A stretch of 64,000 nt of DNA from Rhodothermales bacterium (GTDB lineage Bacteria; Bacteroidota; Rhodothermia; Rhodothermales; JANQRZ01). The first letter of the stretch is position 1; each line of letters begins with the position of its first letter. Location: positions 130,169 to 194,168 of the forward strand of contig JBDUXZ010000003.1 of the NCBI GenBank assembly GCA_039944855.1, read 5' to 3'. The position numbers and the translations under genes are program-made. Below are positions 23,614 through 32,652 of the stretch, piece after piece. Below the pieces are notes generated by a model. It did no database searches. It had not been told where the DNA came from and was given only the letters and a program-made list of their open reading frames with translations.

Positions 23614-24876
23614 ATGTCCATCGTCCTCGCCTTCAGCGGCGGCCTCGACACTTCGTTCTGCGTCCCCTATCTCCGGGAGACCACGGGCGAGGAGGTCCAC
23701 ACCGTCACCGTCAACACGGGCGGCTTCGGCCCCGACGAGTTGGCGGCCGTCGAGCAGCGCGCGCTCAACCTCGGCGCCGCGAGTCATACGACCGTCGACG
23801 CCCGCGCCGAGCTGTTCGACCGCGTGCTCGCCTACCTCATCCAGGGCAACGTCCTCCGCGGCGGCGTCTACCCGCTGTGCGTCGGGCCCGAGCGCGTGGT
23901 CCAGGCCACCGTGCTCGTCCGCGAGGCCGCCCGCCTCGGCGCGACGACGGTCGCCCACGGCTCGACGGGCGCGGGCAACGACCAGGTCCGGTTCGACACG
24001 GCGCTCCGGCTCCTCGCCGAGACGGAATTGAGCGAGCCCATCGAGATCCTCACGCCGATCCGCAGCCTCGGGCTCACGCGCGAAGCGTCGGCGGCGTACC
24101 TCGCAGAGCGCGGCGTGGACGTGCCGGCGAAGACGACGGCCTACTCCATCAACCGCGGCCTGTGGGGAACGACGATTGGCGGGCGTGAGACGCACACGCC
24201 CGAAGGCATTGTGCCCGAGAGCGCGTGGCCCGACACCGTCGCCCCCGCCGACGCGCCGGACACGCCGCTCCGCATCGAGATCGGCTTCGAGCAGGGCCGC
24301 CCTGTCTCGCTCGACGGCGAGGCGTTCGAGCCTGTCGCCCTCGTCGAGTGGCTGAACGCCGAGGGCGCCGCGCACGGCGTCGGCCGGGGCATCCACGTCG
24401 GCGACACGATCCTCGGCATCAAAGGCCGCGTGGCGTTCGAGGCCCCAGCCGCGCTGACGCTCATCGCCGCGCACCGCGAGTTGGAGAAGCTCGTGCTCAC
24501 GCGGTGGCAGCAGCACCACAAAGCCCACCTCGCCGACGTCTACGGCATGCTCGTCCACGAAGGCCAGTACTTCGACCCCGTCCTCCGCGACGTCGAAGCG
24601 TTCTTCGCCTCCAGCCAGCAGCGCGTGACCGGGACCGTGACAGTCGAGTGGTTCAAAGGCGCCGTCCGCGTCCTCGCCGCCTCCAGCCCGCACTCGCTCT
24701 TCGACGCGGGTGTGGCCCGCTACGGCGAGACGAACGCGCTGTGGGACGGCCGCGACGCCGAGGGCTTCACGCGGATCTACGGCGTCCAGGCCTACCTCGC
24801 CGCCCGCGCCACCACCGCCGACGCCGCCCCATCCAGCGACCAGCACTCCGCCGCCCACCTCCTCGCCTTTTCCTAG
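23614..24876 (+). CDS. argG: Argininosuccinate synthase
   Basis: MSIVLAFSGGLDTSFCV is the ATP-pyrophosphatase motif. The protein is 420 aa and matches ArgG over its full length. Confidence 0.95.
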   Translation: MSIVLAFSGGLDTSFCVPYLRETTGEEVHTVTVNTGGFGPDELAAVEQRALNLGAASHTTVDARAELFDRVLAYLIQGNVLRGGVYPLCVGPERVVQATVLVREAARLGATTVAHGSTGAGNDQVRFDTALRLLAETELSEPIEILTPIRSLGLTREASAAYLAERGVDVPAKTTAYSINRGLWGTTIGGRETHTPEGIVPESAWPDTVAPADAPDTPLRIEIGFEQGRPVSLDGEAFEPVALVEWLNAEGAAHGVGRGIHVGDTILGIKGRVAFEAPAALTLIAAHRELEKLVLTRWQQHHKAHLADVYGMLVHEGQYFDPVLRDVEAFFASSQQRVTGTVTVEWFKGAVRVLAASSPHSLFDAGVARYGETNALWDGRDAEGFTRIYGVQAYLAARATTADAAPSSDQHSAAHLLAFS

Positions 24877-24905
24877 CGCTTTATCGCGCCCCGACCCCGC
24901 CTCCG

Positions 24906-26009
24906 ATGACCACCCACACCGCCCAACACGTCGCATCCAGCACCTCCCCCTGCGGCCTCTCGCACCACCTCCACGTCTCCCCCTACGTCGTCGCTGAAGA
25001 AGGCTACTGCCTCGCCGTCCGCGCCCTCGACACGAAGGAGGTCTACAACCAGATCGAAGGCGCCGACGGCGTGTTTCGCACGATCCAGGCCGGCGACATC
25101 CTCGTCGGAGCCCTCGGCGAGCGGCAGGCGCTCAAGGGCTACAGCGGGCGGATCCCGCGCACGATCCTCCCCGGCGACACGCTCCACGTCCTCAACATGG
25201 GCGGCATCCTCGGGCGGTGCACGAGCGACCACCCCGACCTCGGGCCGGCTCTCCGCGTCGAAGTGCTCGGGGCCGTCGTGACGAGTGAGGAAGGGCGGCA
25301 CGCGCGGATTCAGGATCACGCCATCGAGTCGGCCGAGCACCTCGCGCACTCGGCGCCGCTCGTGTTCGTAAGCGGCACGGCGATGAACACGGGCAAGACG
25401 CACGCGGCGGCCGAACTCGTGGCGGGCCTCACGCAACGCGGCTTCCGCGTCGCCGCCGCCAAGCTGACCGGCGCCTCGCTCATGCGCGACGTCCGGGCGA
25501 TGGCCGCCCACGGCGCCGTCTGCACCGCGACGTTCACCGAGGCCGGCGTCGTGGCCTCAACGGGCCAGAACATGGTGCCGATCGCGAAGGGCCTCATCGC
25601 CCACCTCAACGCGTGCGCGCCCGACGTGATCGTGCTCGAACTCGGTGACGGCATCATCGGGCCCTACGGCGTGGACGACATCCTGCAGGACATGGAGATG
25701 CAGCGGCTCACGGCCGCCCACGTCCTCGCCGCCACCGACCTCGCCGGGGCGTGGGCCGCCGACCAGCTCTTCCGCAACCGGTACCGCGCCGAGCTCGCCG
25801 TCGTCGTCGGCCCGGCGACGGACACCGAAGTCGGGAGGCGGTACCTGAAGAACACGCTCGGCGTGCCCGGCATCAACGCGCGGAGCGAAGCCGAGCGGCT
25901 CTCGGCGCTCGTCGCCGCGCGCGTTGCCCGGTTCGAGGTCCCGCTCGGCGACGGCCTCGCCACCGACGCGCCGACGCTGCACGACCTGCGGTGGGAGGCG
26001 GCCCGGTGA
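24906..26009 (+). CDS. Uncharacterised protein with a Walker-A-like P-loop, embedded in the arg operon
   Basis: ATG at 24906. It is 367 aa. GTAMNTGKT is encoded at 25374-25400, followed by HAAAELVAGLTQRGFRVAAAKLTGAS and later DVIVLELGDGIIGPYG. Its stop overlaps the argC GTG (GTGA at 26006-26009). Confidence 0.75.
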   Translation: MTTHTAQHVASSTSPCGLSHHLHVSPYVVAEEGYCLAVRALDTKEVYNQIEGADGVFRTIQAGDILVGALGERQALKGYSGRIPRTILPGDTLHVLNMGGILGRCTSDHPDLGPALRVEVLGAVVTSEEGRHARIQDHAIESAEHLAHSAPLVFVSGTAMNTGKTHAAAELVAGLTQRGFRVAAAKLTGASLMRDVRAMAAHGAVCTATFTEAGVVASTGQNMVPIAKGLIAHLNACAPDVIVLELGDGIIGPYGVDDILQDMEMQRLTAAHVLAATDLAGAWAADQLFRNRYRAELAVVVGPATDTEVGRRYLKNTLGVPGINARSEAERLSALVAARVARFEVPLGDGLATDAPTLHDLRWEAAR

Positions 26010-27043
26010 CGGTCGATTCCTCTCCCCTCCGAGTTGCCGTCCTCCACGGCGCGGGCTACGTCGGCGCCGAGCTGATCCGCCTGCTCCTCGCCCATCCGCA
26101 CGCGGACATCTCCGCGGTGACGAGCCGCACGTTCGCCGGGCAGCCCGTCGCGGCGGCGCACCCCGCGCTCCGCGGCGTCACCGACCTCGCGTTCGTCGCG
26201 CCCGACGCGCACAGCGCGGATGACTTCGACGCGGCGTTCGTTTGCGCCGAGCACGGGCAGGGCGCGGCGGCGGTGTCGGCACTCCGCGACGCCGGGTTCG
26301 ATGGGCTCATCGTCGACCTCTCGGCCGATCACCGGCTGAAGGACGCGGCGCTCTATCCCCGCTGGTACGGGCTCGACCACCCCGCACCGAAGCGGCTGGC
26401 CGAGGCAGTGTACGGTCTCGCCGAGATCCACGCCGACGCGATTGCCGAGGCGAGGCTCGTCGCGAACCCTGGCTGCTTCGCCACGGGCTTGACGCTCGCC
26501 CTCTGCCCGCTCGCCCGTCACCTCGACCCGCTCGACGCGCACGTGACGGCGCTCACCGGCGCCTCAGGCTCTGGTGGCCGACCGTCCGCCACGACGCACT
26601 TCCCCTCGCGCGACGGGAATGTGCGGGCGTACAAAGTGCTCGCGCACCAGCACCTCGCCGAAGTGCAGCAACTCCTCGGGCCGAGCGCGACCGTGCGGTT
26701 CGTCCCCGCGAGCGGCCCGTGGACGCGCGGCATCTGGGGCACGGCCCACGTCGAGCTCCCGTACGGCGTGACGGCCGATGACGTCGCGGCGTGGTTCGCC
26801 GATGCCTACGGCGCGAAGCCGTTCGTCCGCCTCTCGCCCGGCGTGCTGCCCGAGCTGCTGCCCGTCGTCGGCTCGCCATTCTGCGACCTCGGCTGGGTCG
26901 TGCAAGACGAGCACCTCGTCGTCGGCTTCGCACTCGACAACCTGCTCAAAGGGGCCGCGAGTCAGGCGGTCCAGAACCTCAACCTCGCCCTCGGGCTGCC
27001 GGAGACGGCGGGCCTGCTGCCGGCCTCGCCCGTCCTCGTCTGA
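26006..27043 (+). CDS. argC: N-acetyl-gamma-glutamyl-phosphate reductase
   Basis: GTG start at 26006. It has the Rossmann motif VAVLHGAGYVGAELIRLL and the catalytic block NPGCFATG. Confidence 0.9.
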   Translation: MTVDSSPLRVAVLHGAGYVGAELIRLLLAHPHADISAVTSRTFAGQPVAAAHPALRGVTDLAFVAPDAHSADDFDAAFVCAEHGQGAAAVSALRDAGFDGLIVDLSADHRLKDAALYPRWYGLDHPAPKRLAEAVYGLAEIHADAIAEARLVANPGCFATGLTLALCPLARHLDPLDAHVTALTGASGSGGRPSATTHFPSRDGNVRAYKVLAHQHLAEVQQLLGPSATVRFVPASGPWTRGIWGTAHVELPYGVTADDVAAWFADAYGAKPFVRLSPGVLPELLPVVGSPFCDLGWVVQDEHLVVGFALDNLLKGAASQAVQNLNLALGLPETAGLLPASPVLV

Positions 27044-28230
27044 TGATGACCGCCGATCTCGAACCCACCCTCGCCGACCCGTTCGCCCTCGAAGACGCGT
27101 GGACGCTCCCGACGTACGCCAAGCCACCCGTCGCGCTCGTCCGCGGCGAGGGCGTGACGGTGTGGGACACGGAGGGGAACAGCTACCTCGACCTCTACGG
27201 CGGCCACTGCGTCGCCCTCCTCGGCCACTGCCCGCCGCGCGTCGTCGATGCGATTCGGCGGCAGGCGGGCGAGTTGCTGTTCTACTCGAACGCGATGTAC
27301 AGCCCCGTCCGCGCCGAGGCCGCCCAGAAGCTCGCCGCGCTCGCGCCCGACGGGCTCGGCCGCGTGTTCTTCTGCAACTCCGGCACCGAGGCGAACGAGA
27401 CCGCGCTGAAGCTCGCCCGCGCCTTCACCGGCCGGCCCGCCATCGTCGCGATGACGGGCGGCTTCCACGGCCGCACGCTCGGCAGCCTCGCCACGACGTG
27501 GGGCGACCACTACCACGCGCCGTACCGCGCCGCCCTCCCCGCGACGCGCTTCGTCCCCTTCGGCGATGCCGACGCGGCCGAGGCCGCGCTCGCATCCGGC
27601 GATGTCGCCGCCGTGATCCTCGAACCGATCCAGAGCATGGCCGGGATCGTCGAGGCTGCGCCGGATTACTACCGCGCGCTCCGCGATCTCTGTGACACAC
27701 ACGGGACGCTCCTGATTTTCGACGAGGTGCAGACGGGTGTCGGGCGGACGGGGCAGTTCACGTACGGCGCGCACGTCGGCGTGACGCCGGACCTCATCAC
27801 GCTCGCGAAGAGCCTCGGCGCGGGCGTGCCCGTCGGCGCCACGCTCGTCCACGAGCGGATCGCAGCGACGGTGCAGTCGGGCGATCAGGGAACGACGTTC
27901 GGCGGCGGAATGCTGGCGATGGCCGCCGTCGCGGCCACGCTCGACACGCTCGTCGACGAGGCGTTGATGCCCCGCGCCGAGGCCCTCTTCGCTCGCTTCC
28001 GCGATGCGCTCACCGCGCTCGACGGCGTGGTCGATGTACGCGGGCGCGGCGGACTCATCGGCGTCGAGTTCGACCGGCCGGCCAAGCCCGTCGTCGGTGC
28101 CCTCCGCGAGCGCGGCATCCTCGTCGGAAGCTCGAACGAGCAGCACACGCTCCGCCTCATGCCGCCGCTCGTCACGCCATTCGACGCAGCCGACACCCTC
28201 GCCTCCGCCCTCTCCGACGTGCTCGCCTGA
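27043..28230 (+). CDS. argD: Acetyl/succinyl-ornithine aminotransferase (class-III PLP)
   Basis: The ATG at 27043 overlaps the argC stop. Blocks seen are GNSYLDLYGGHCV, NSGTEANE, DEVQTGVGRTG and the TLAKSLG Lys site. Confidence 0.9.
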   Translation: MMTADLEPTLADPFALEDAWTLPTYAKPPVALVRGEGVTVWDTEGNSYLDLYGGHCVALLGHCPPRVVDAIRRQAGELLFYSNAMYSPVRAEAAQKLAALAPDGLGRVFFCNSGTEANETALKLARAFTGRPAIVAMTGGFHGRTLGSLATTWGDHYHAPYRAALPATRFVPFGDADAAEAALASGDVAAVILEPIQSMAGIVEAAPDYYRALRDLCDTHGTLLIFDEVQTGVGRTGQFTYGAHVGVTPDLITLAKSLGAGVPVGATLVHERIAATVQSGDQGTTFGGGMLAMAAVAATLDTLVDEALMPRAEALFARFRDALTALDGVVDVRGRGGLIGVEFDRPAKPVVGALRERGILVGSSNEQHTLRLMPPLVTPFDAADTLASALSDVLA

Positions 28231-28248
28231 CCTTCTCCTTATCCCCAT

Positions 28249-28337
28249 GTCATCCCGAGCTTGTCGAGGGATCTCTCGCAGCGAAACGACCGCTCAATAG
28301 AGATCCTTCGGCTCCGCTGCGCTCCGCTCAGGATGAC
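28249..28337. repeat. MITE/REP-like hairpin element, second subtype (termini GTCATCCCGAGC / GCTCAGGATGAC)
   Basis: Imperfect long inverted repeat filling the argD-argF' gap. The inner arms are gagggatctct / agagatccttc. Confidence 0.65.
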
Positions 28338-28395
28338 AGGAGGATAGGCCGCGACCCTTCTGTTTCTGACCCCCTTCATCCTTTTCCCTTTCCGC

Positions 28396-29415
28396 GTGCC
28401 GCACCTCACGAGTTGGTCCGACCTGCCTGACGCCGTCTGGGACGCCTGCCTCGCTCGCGCCCTCACGCACCGGCAGGACCGGCGCTGGACCGACGCCGCG
28501 CGCGGCAAAGCGCTCGGCCTCCTCTTCTTCAACCCGAGCCTCCGCACGCGGACCTCGATGGAACTCGCCGCCGCCCACCTCGGCGCGTTCCCCACGGTCC
28601 TCACGCCGGGGCAGGGCACGTGGAATCTGGAGTGGCGCGACGGCGTGCGGATGGACGCCGACAAGGCCGAGCACGTCCGCGAAGCCATCGGCGTGCTCTC
28701 GCGCTACGTCGACGCGCTCGGCGTGCGGACCTTCGCCTCGCTTACCGACCGCGACGCTGACCTCGCCGACGCCGCGTTCCATGCCGTCGTCGCAGCCTCC
28801 GACGTACCCGTCGTCAACCTCGAATCGGCACGGTGGCACCCGTGCCAGGCCCTCGCCGACGCGGCGGCGCTGTCGGAGCGCTTCGGGGGCGAGGTGCGGG
28901 GCCGGAGATTCGTGCTCTCGTGGGCGCCGCACCCGAGCCCGCTTCCGCGCGCCGTCCCCAACTCGGCCTTGCTGATGGCGGCGCGGCTCGGGATGGACGT
29001 CGTCGTTGCCCGGCCGGATGGCTTCGCGCTCGACGCCGACGTGCACGCGCTCGCCGCCGAGACGGCCGCCCGCTGCGGCGGCTCCGTCGCCGAGACCGAC
29101 GACCGGGACGCGGCCTTTGCCGGGGCGCACGTCGTCTACGCGAAGGCGTGGGCCGGCGAGGCCGTGTACGAGGACCGCGGCGCCGAGGCCGCCCGCCGCA
29201 CCGCGCTCGACGCGTGGCGCGTGACGGAGCGGGCCCTCGCTGCCACCGACGACGGCGTGTTCATGCACTGCCTGCCCGTCCGCCGCGAGGTCGTCGTGGA
29301 CGGCGCCGTGCTCGACGGCCCGCGCGCGCTCCATTTGTTGCAGGCCGAGTACCGACTTCACGCGCAGAAAGCTATACTGGAGTGGATCTGGGACCTCCTT
29401 CCGACTGCGCCATGA
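28396..29415 (+). CDS. argF': N-acyl-L-ornithine carbamoyltransferase (acetyl- or succinyl-ornithine type, argF')
   Basis: The carbamoyl-phosphate motif is SLRTRTS, with HPCQ and HCLP also present. The overall layout is that of the AOTCase/SOTCase subfamily, not classical OTCase. GTG start. Confidence 0.85.
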   Translation: MPHLTSWSDLPDAVWDACLARALTHRQDRRWTDAARGKALGLLFFNPSLRTRTSMELAAAHLGAFPTVLTPGQGTWNLEWRDGVRMDADKAEHVREAIGVLSRYVDALGVRTFASLTDRDADLADAAFHAVVAASDVPVVNLESARWHPCQALADAAALSERFGGEVRGRRFVLSWAPHPSPLPRAVPNSALLMAARLGMDVVVARPDGFALDADVHALAAETAARCGGSVAETDDRDAAFAGAHVVYAKAWAGEAVYEDRGAEAARRTALDAWRVTERALAATDDGVFMHCLPVRREVVVDGAVLDGPRALHLLQAEYRLHAQKAILEWIWDLLPTAP

Positions 29416-30191
29416 GTTCGACTGTCATCAAACTGGGCGGGGCCCTCCTCGCCGATTCCGCCGCGCTCGCCGCCGTTTGGTACGGCGTGGCCGCGCTCAA
29501 CCGCAACGGGCCGGTCGTCGTCGTCCACGGCGGCGGGCCGCAGGCGACGGCCCTCGCGCGGCGGCTCGGGCACGAGCCCCGCTTCGTCGCCGGCCGCCGC
29601 ATCACGACCGACCTCGACCTCGACATCGCGCTCTGGACGATGCGCGGCGCGCTCAACGCCCGGCTCGTCGCTTCAGCGCGGGCGACCGGCCTCCCGGCCG
29701 TCGGGCTCTCCTGCATCGATGGCGGACTCGTCCGCGTGGAGCGCCGGCCGCCGCGCCACGTCGACGGCCAAACCGTGGACTTCGGCCACGTCGGCGACGT
29801 GACGGGCAGCGATCCGGCCGTCCTCGAAGCGCTCCTCGGTGCGGGCTTCCTCCCCATCGTTGCCCCGCTCTGCGCCGACGGCGCGGGCCGGGTGTACAAC
29901 GTCAACGCCGACACCGTCGCCCTCACGCTCGCCGAGGCGGCGTGGGCCGACACGCTCCTGCTCGTCGCCGAGACGGGCGGCGTCTTCCGCGACCCCGCCG
30001 ACGCGGGCAGCCGGCTCTCAGGGATCGACGTGCGCGGGTTCGAGGCGGGCGTCGCTGAGGGATGGATCGCGGGCGGGATGCGGCCGAAGCTCGAAGTCGG
30101 ATTCGAGGCGCGGCGGGCGGGCGTCCCACACGTCCGCGTCTGCGCGCCCGACGGGATCGCCGATCCGACTGCTGGGACGGTGCTGCGCTGA
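29412..30191 (+). CDS. argB: Acetylglutamate kinase
   Basis: The ATG at 29412 overlaps the argF' stop (ATGA). Blocks seen are VIKLGGALL, VVVHGGGPQ and NVNADT. Confidence 0.9.
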   Translation: MSSTVIKLGGALLADSAALAAVWYGVAALNRNGPVVVVHGGGPQATALARRLGHEPRFVAGRRITTDLDLDIALWTMRGALNARLVASARATGLPAVGLSCIDGGLVRVERRPPRHVDGQTVDFGHVGDVTGSDPAVLEALLGAGFLPIVAPLCADGAGRVYNVNADTVALTLAEAAWADTLLLVAETGGVFRDPADAGSRLSGIDVRGFEAGVAEGWIAGGMRPKLEVGFEARRAGVPHVRVCAPDGIADPTAGTVLR

Positions 30192-31285
30192 TGCCGTCGC
30201 CCGTCCTCGCGCTCCACGCCGACCTCGTCCGCATCCCCTCGCTCAGCCACGACGAGCGGGCCGCCGCCGATTTCGTCGAACGGCACGCCCGCGCGTCGGC
30301 CGCGCCCGTCGAGGTCGGCCGGCTCGACGACAACGTGTGGGTATCGCTCGGCGACGGTGACGACGTGCTCCTCCTCGCCTCGCACCTCGACGTAGTGCCA
30401 CCGAGTGCGGAGCACCCGTACCCGCCGTTCGAGCCGATCGTCGTGGACGGGAAGGTGTACGGGCGCGGCGCCGTCGATGCGAAGGCGAGTGGCGCGGCGA
30501 TGCTGCAAGCCCTCCTCGACCTCGCCGCCGAGGGCTTCCGCCCGGCGGGCCGCATCGTCGTCTCCCTGACCGCGTGCGAGGAGACGGGCGGCAGCTACAA
30601 CGGGCTAGACCACCTGCAGCGCGAGGTCTTCGGCTCGGCGCTCCCGCCCGTGTCCGCCGCGATTATCGGCGAGCCGACGGAGCTGCGGCCCTGCCTCGCC
30701 CAGAAGGGTTTGCTCATCCTCACGGCGACGGCGCACGGCCGGACCGCCCACGCGGCCCGCGCCCATCTTGGCACGAACGCGCTAACCGTTGCCGCCCGCG
30801 ACCTGCTGACCGTCGACGGGTTCGCTTTCGACAAAAGCGATCCGCTCCTCGGCGCGCCGACGGTCACGGCGACGGTCATCGAAGGCGGCTCGGCGAAGAA
30901 CGTCGTGCCCGACCGCTGCACATTCACGCTCGACGTCCGCTCGACGCCCGCGTACACGCACGCCGACCTCGCCGCACTCTTCCGCGATACCCTGGAGAGC
31001 GAGGTCGCCGTCTACTCCGACCGCCTCGTGCCGTGCCGCACCGCGCCCGACGCCCGCATCGCGCAGGCCGCCGCCTCGGCGCTCACCGACCTCGGCCTCG
31101 ACCCCACGCCCTTCGGCTCGCCGACCGCCTCGGACTGGGTCTTCGTCCACGACGTGCCCGCCGTCAAGCTCGGCCCCGGCCGCAGCGAGCTCTCGCACAC
31201 GGCCGAGGAGCACGTCGAAATCGCCCAACTCACGCGCGCCGTCGAGGTCTACCGACAGATCATCCGCCACTACTTCGCCCGATGA
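30191..31285 (+). CDS. argE: M20-family deacylase (acetylornithine deacetylase-like)
   Basis: The ATG at 30191 overlaps the argB stop by 1 nt. Blocks seen are LVRIPSLSHDE, LLASHLDVVPP, GRGAVDAKAS and the CEETGG metal ligands. Confidence 0.8.
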   Translation: MPSPVLALHADLVRIPSLSHDERAAADFVERHARASAAPVEVGRLDDNVWVSLGDGDDVLLLASHLDVVPPSAEHPYPPFEPIVVDGKVYGRGAVDAKASGAAMLQALLDLAAEGFRPAGRIVVSLTACEETGGSYNGLDHLQREVFGSALPPVSAAIIGEPTELRPCLAQKGLLILTATAHGRTAHAARAHLGTNALTVAARDLLTVDGFAFDKSDPLLGAPTVTATVIEGGSAKNVVPDRCTFTLDVRSTPAYTHADLAALFRDTLESEVAVYSDRLVPCRTAPDARIAQAAASALTDLGLDPTPFGSPTASDWVFVHDVPAVKLGPGRSELSHTAEEHVEIAQLTRAVEVYRQIIRHYFAR

Positions 31286-32589
31286 CGCTCTGGAACAAAG
31301 GAACTGCCGCCGCCGACTGGGTCACCCGCTTCACCGTCGGCGAGGACTGGCGGTGGGACACGCTCCTCCTGCCGTACGACGCGGAGGGCACGCGGGCACA
31401 CGCGTGGGCGCTCGCCGAGATCGGCGTGCTGACGAGCGATGAGTTCGGGCAGATCGGCGGCGCGCTCGATGCGATTCGTGACGAGGCGCTCGCGGGCGAC
31501 CTCGCGGTGACGGTGGCCGACGAGGACTGCCACACCGTCATCGAGCGCGAGCTCACGGCGCGGCTCGGCGAGGCCGGGCAGAAGATCCACGCCGGGCGGA
31601 GCAGGAACGATCAGGTCCTCGTCGCTCTCCGCCTCTGGCTGCGCGACGCGCTCGCCGCCGTCGCCGACGACGCCGCCGCGACGGCCGACGCCCTCCTCGA
31701 CCACGCCGACGCGCACGACGACCTGCTGATGCCGGGCTACACCCACGGCCAGCGTGCGATGCCGACGACGGCCGGCCTGTGGGCCGCCGCCTTCGCCGAG
31801 TTGCTGGCGGACGACCTCACCGGACTCGCCGAGGCGCGCGACCGCGCGAACGTCTCGCCGTGGGGCAGCGCCGCGGGCTACGGCGTGCCGCGCCTCGACC
31901 TCCCGCGCGAGGCTGTCGCAGAGCGGCTCGGCTTCCGCAGCCTCCAACTCCACGTCCCTGCCGTGCAGCTCACGCGCGGCAAGCTCGAAGCCGCCGTCGT
32001 CCACGCCCTCGTCCAGCTCGGCGCGACGGCGAATCGGCTCGCCGCCGACCTCGTGCTCTTCGCGAGCGCCGAGTTCGGCTTCATCACGCTGCCGGTCGAG
32101 TACACGACGGGCTCGTCGATCATGCCGCAGAAGCGCAACCCGGATGTGTTCGAACTCGCGCGGGCGACGTACCACCGCCTTACGGCCGAACTCCACCTCC
32201 TGCTGGGGCTCCCGGCAAACCTCCCGAGCGGGTACCACCGCGACCTCCAGCTCACGAAGGAGTCCGTGATGCGCGCCGTGCTCGCCGCGCGCGACCTCTT
32301 CACCGCGCTCCGCCACATCCTCCCCGGCATCCGCTTCGACGCCGAGGCGACGCGACGCGCCCTCTCCCCCGGCCTCTTCGCCACCGACGCCGCGCTCGCC
32401 CTCGTTGAGCAGGGCGTCCCGTTCCGCGACGCCTACCGCCGCACCGCCGCCGACCTCGACGCCGTCGCCGTGCCCGACCCAGTCGAGGCGCTCGCCGCGT
32501 ATCGCTCTGCCGGCACGCCGGGCCATGTCCGCACCGACACCGTCCGCGCCCAACTCGCCGCGCAGCGCCGTCGGTTCGACAAGGGGTGA
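31282..32589 (+). CDS. argH: Argininosuccinate lyase
   Basis: The ATG at 31282 overlaps the argE stop (ATGA). It has the fumarate-lyase signature GSSIMPQKRNPD and MPGYTHGQRA. Confidence 0.95.
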   Translation: MTLWNKGTAAADWVTRFTVGEDWRWDTLLLPYDAEGTRAHAWALAEIGVLTSDEFGQIGGALDAIRDEALAGDLAVTVADEDCHTVIERELTARLGEAGQKIHAGRSRNDQVLVALRLWLRDALAAVADDAAATADALLDHADAHDDLLMPGYTHGQRAMPTTAGLWAAAFAELLADDLTGLAEARDRANVSPWGSAAGYGVPRLDLPREAVAERLGFRSLQLHVPAVQLTRGKLEAAVVHALVQLGATANRLAADLVLFASAEFGFITLPVEYTTGSSIMPQKRNPDVFELARATYHRLTAELHLLLGLPANLPSGYHRDLQLTKESVMRAVLAARDLFTALRHILPGIRFDAEATRRALSPGLFATDAALALVEQGVPFRDAYRRTAADLDAVAVPDPVEALAAYRSAGTPGHVRTDTVRAQLAAQRRRFDKG

Positions 32590-32592
32590 CGC

Positions 32593-32630
32593 TCGAGCGG
32601 GGCCGCCTCCGTCGAGGCGGCCCCGCTCGA
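32593..32630. terminator. Bidirectional hairpin between argH and gdhA (17-bp perfect stem)
   Basis: TCGAGCGGGGCCGCCTC-cgtc-GAGGCGGCCCCGCTCGA lies between convergent stops. Confidence 0.6.
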
Positions 32631-32652
32631 CGGACGATACCGGTCCTCCTGA

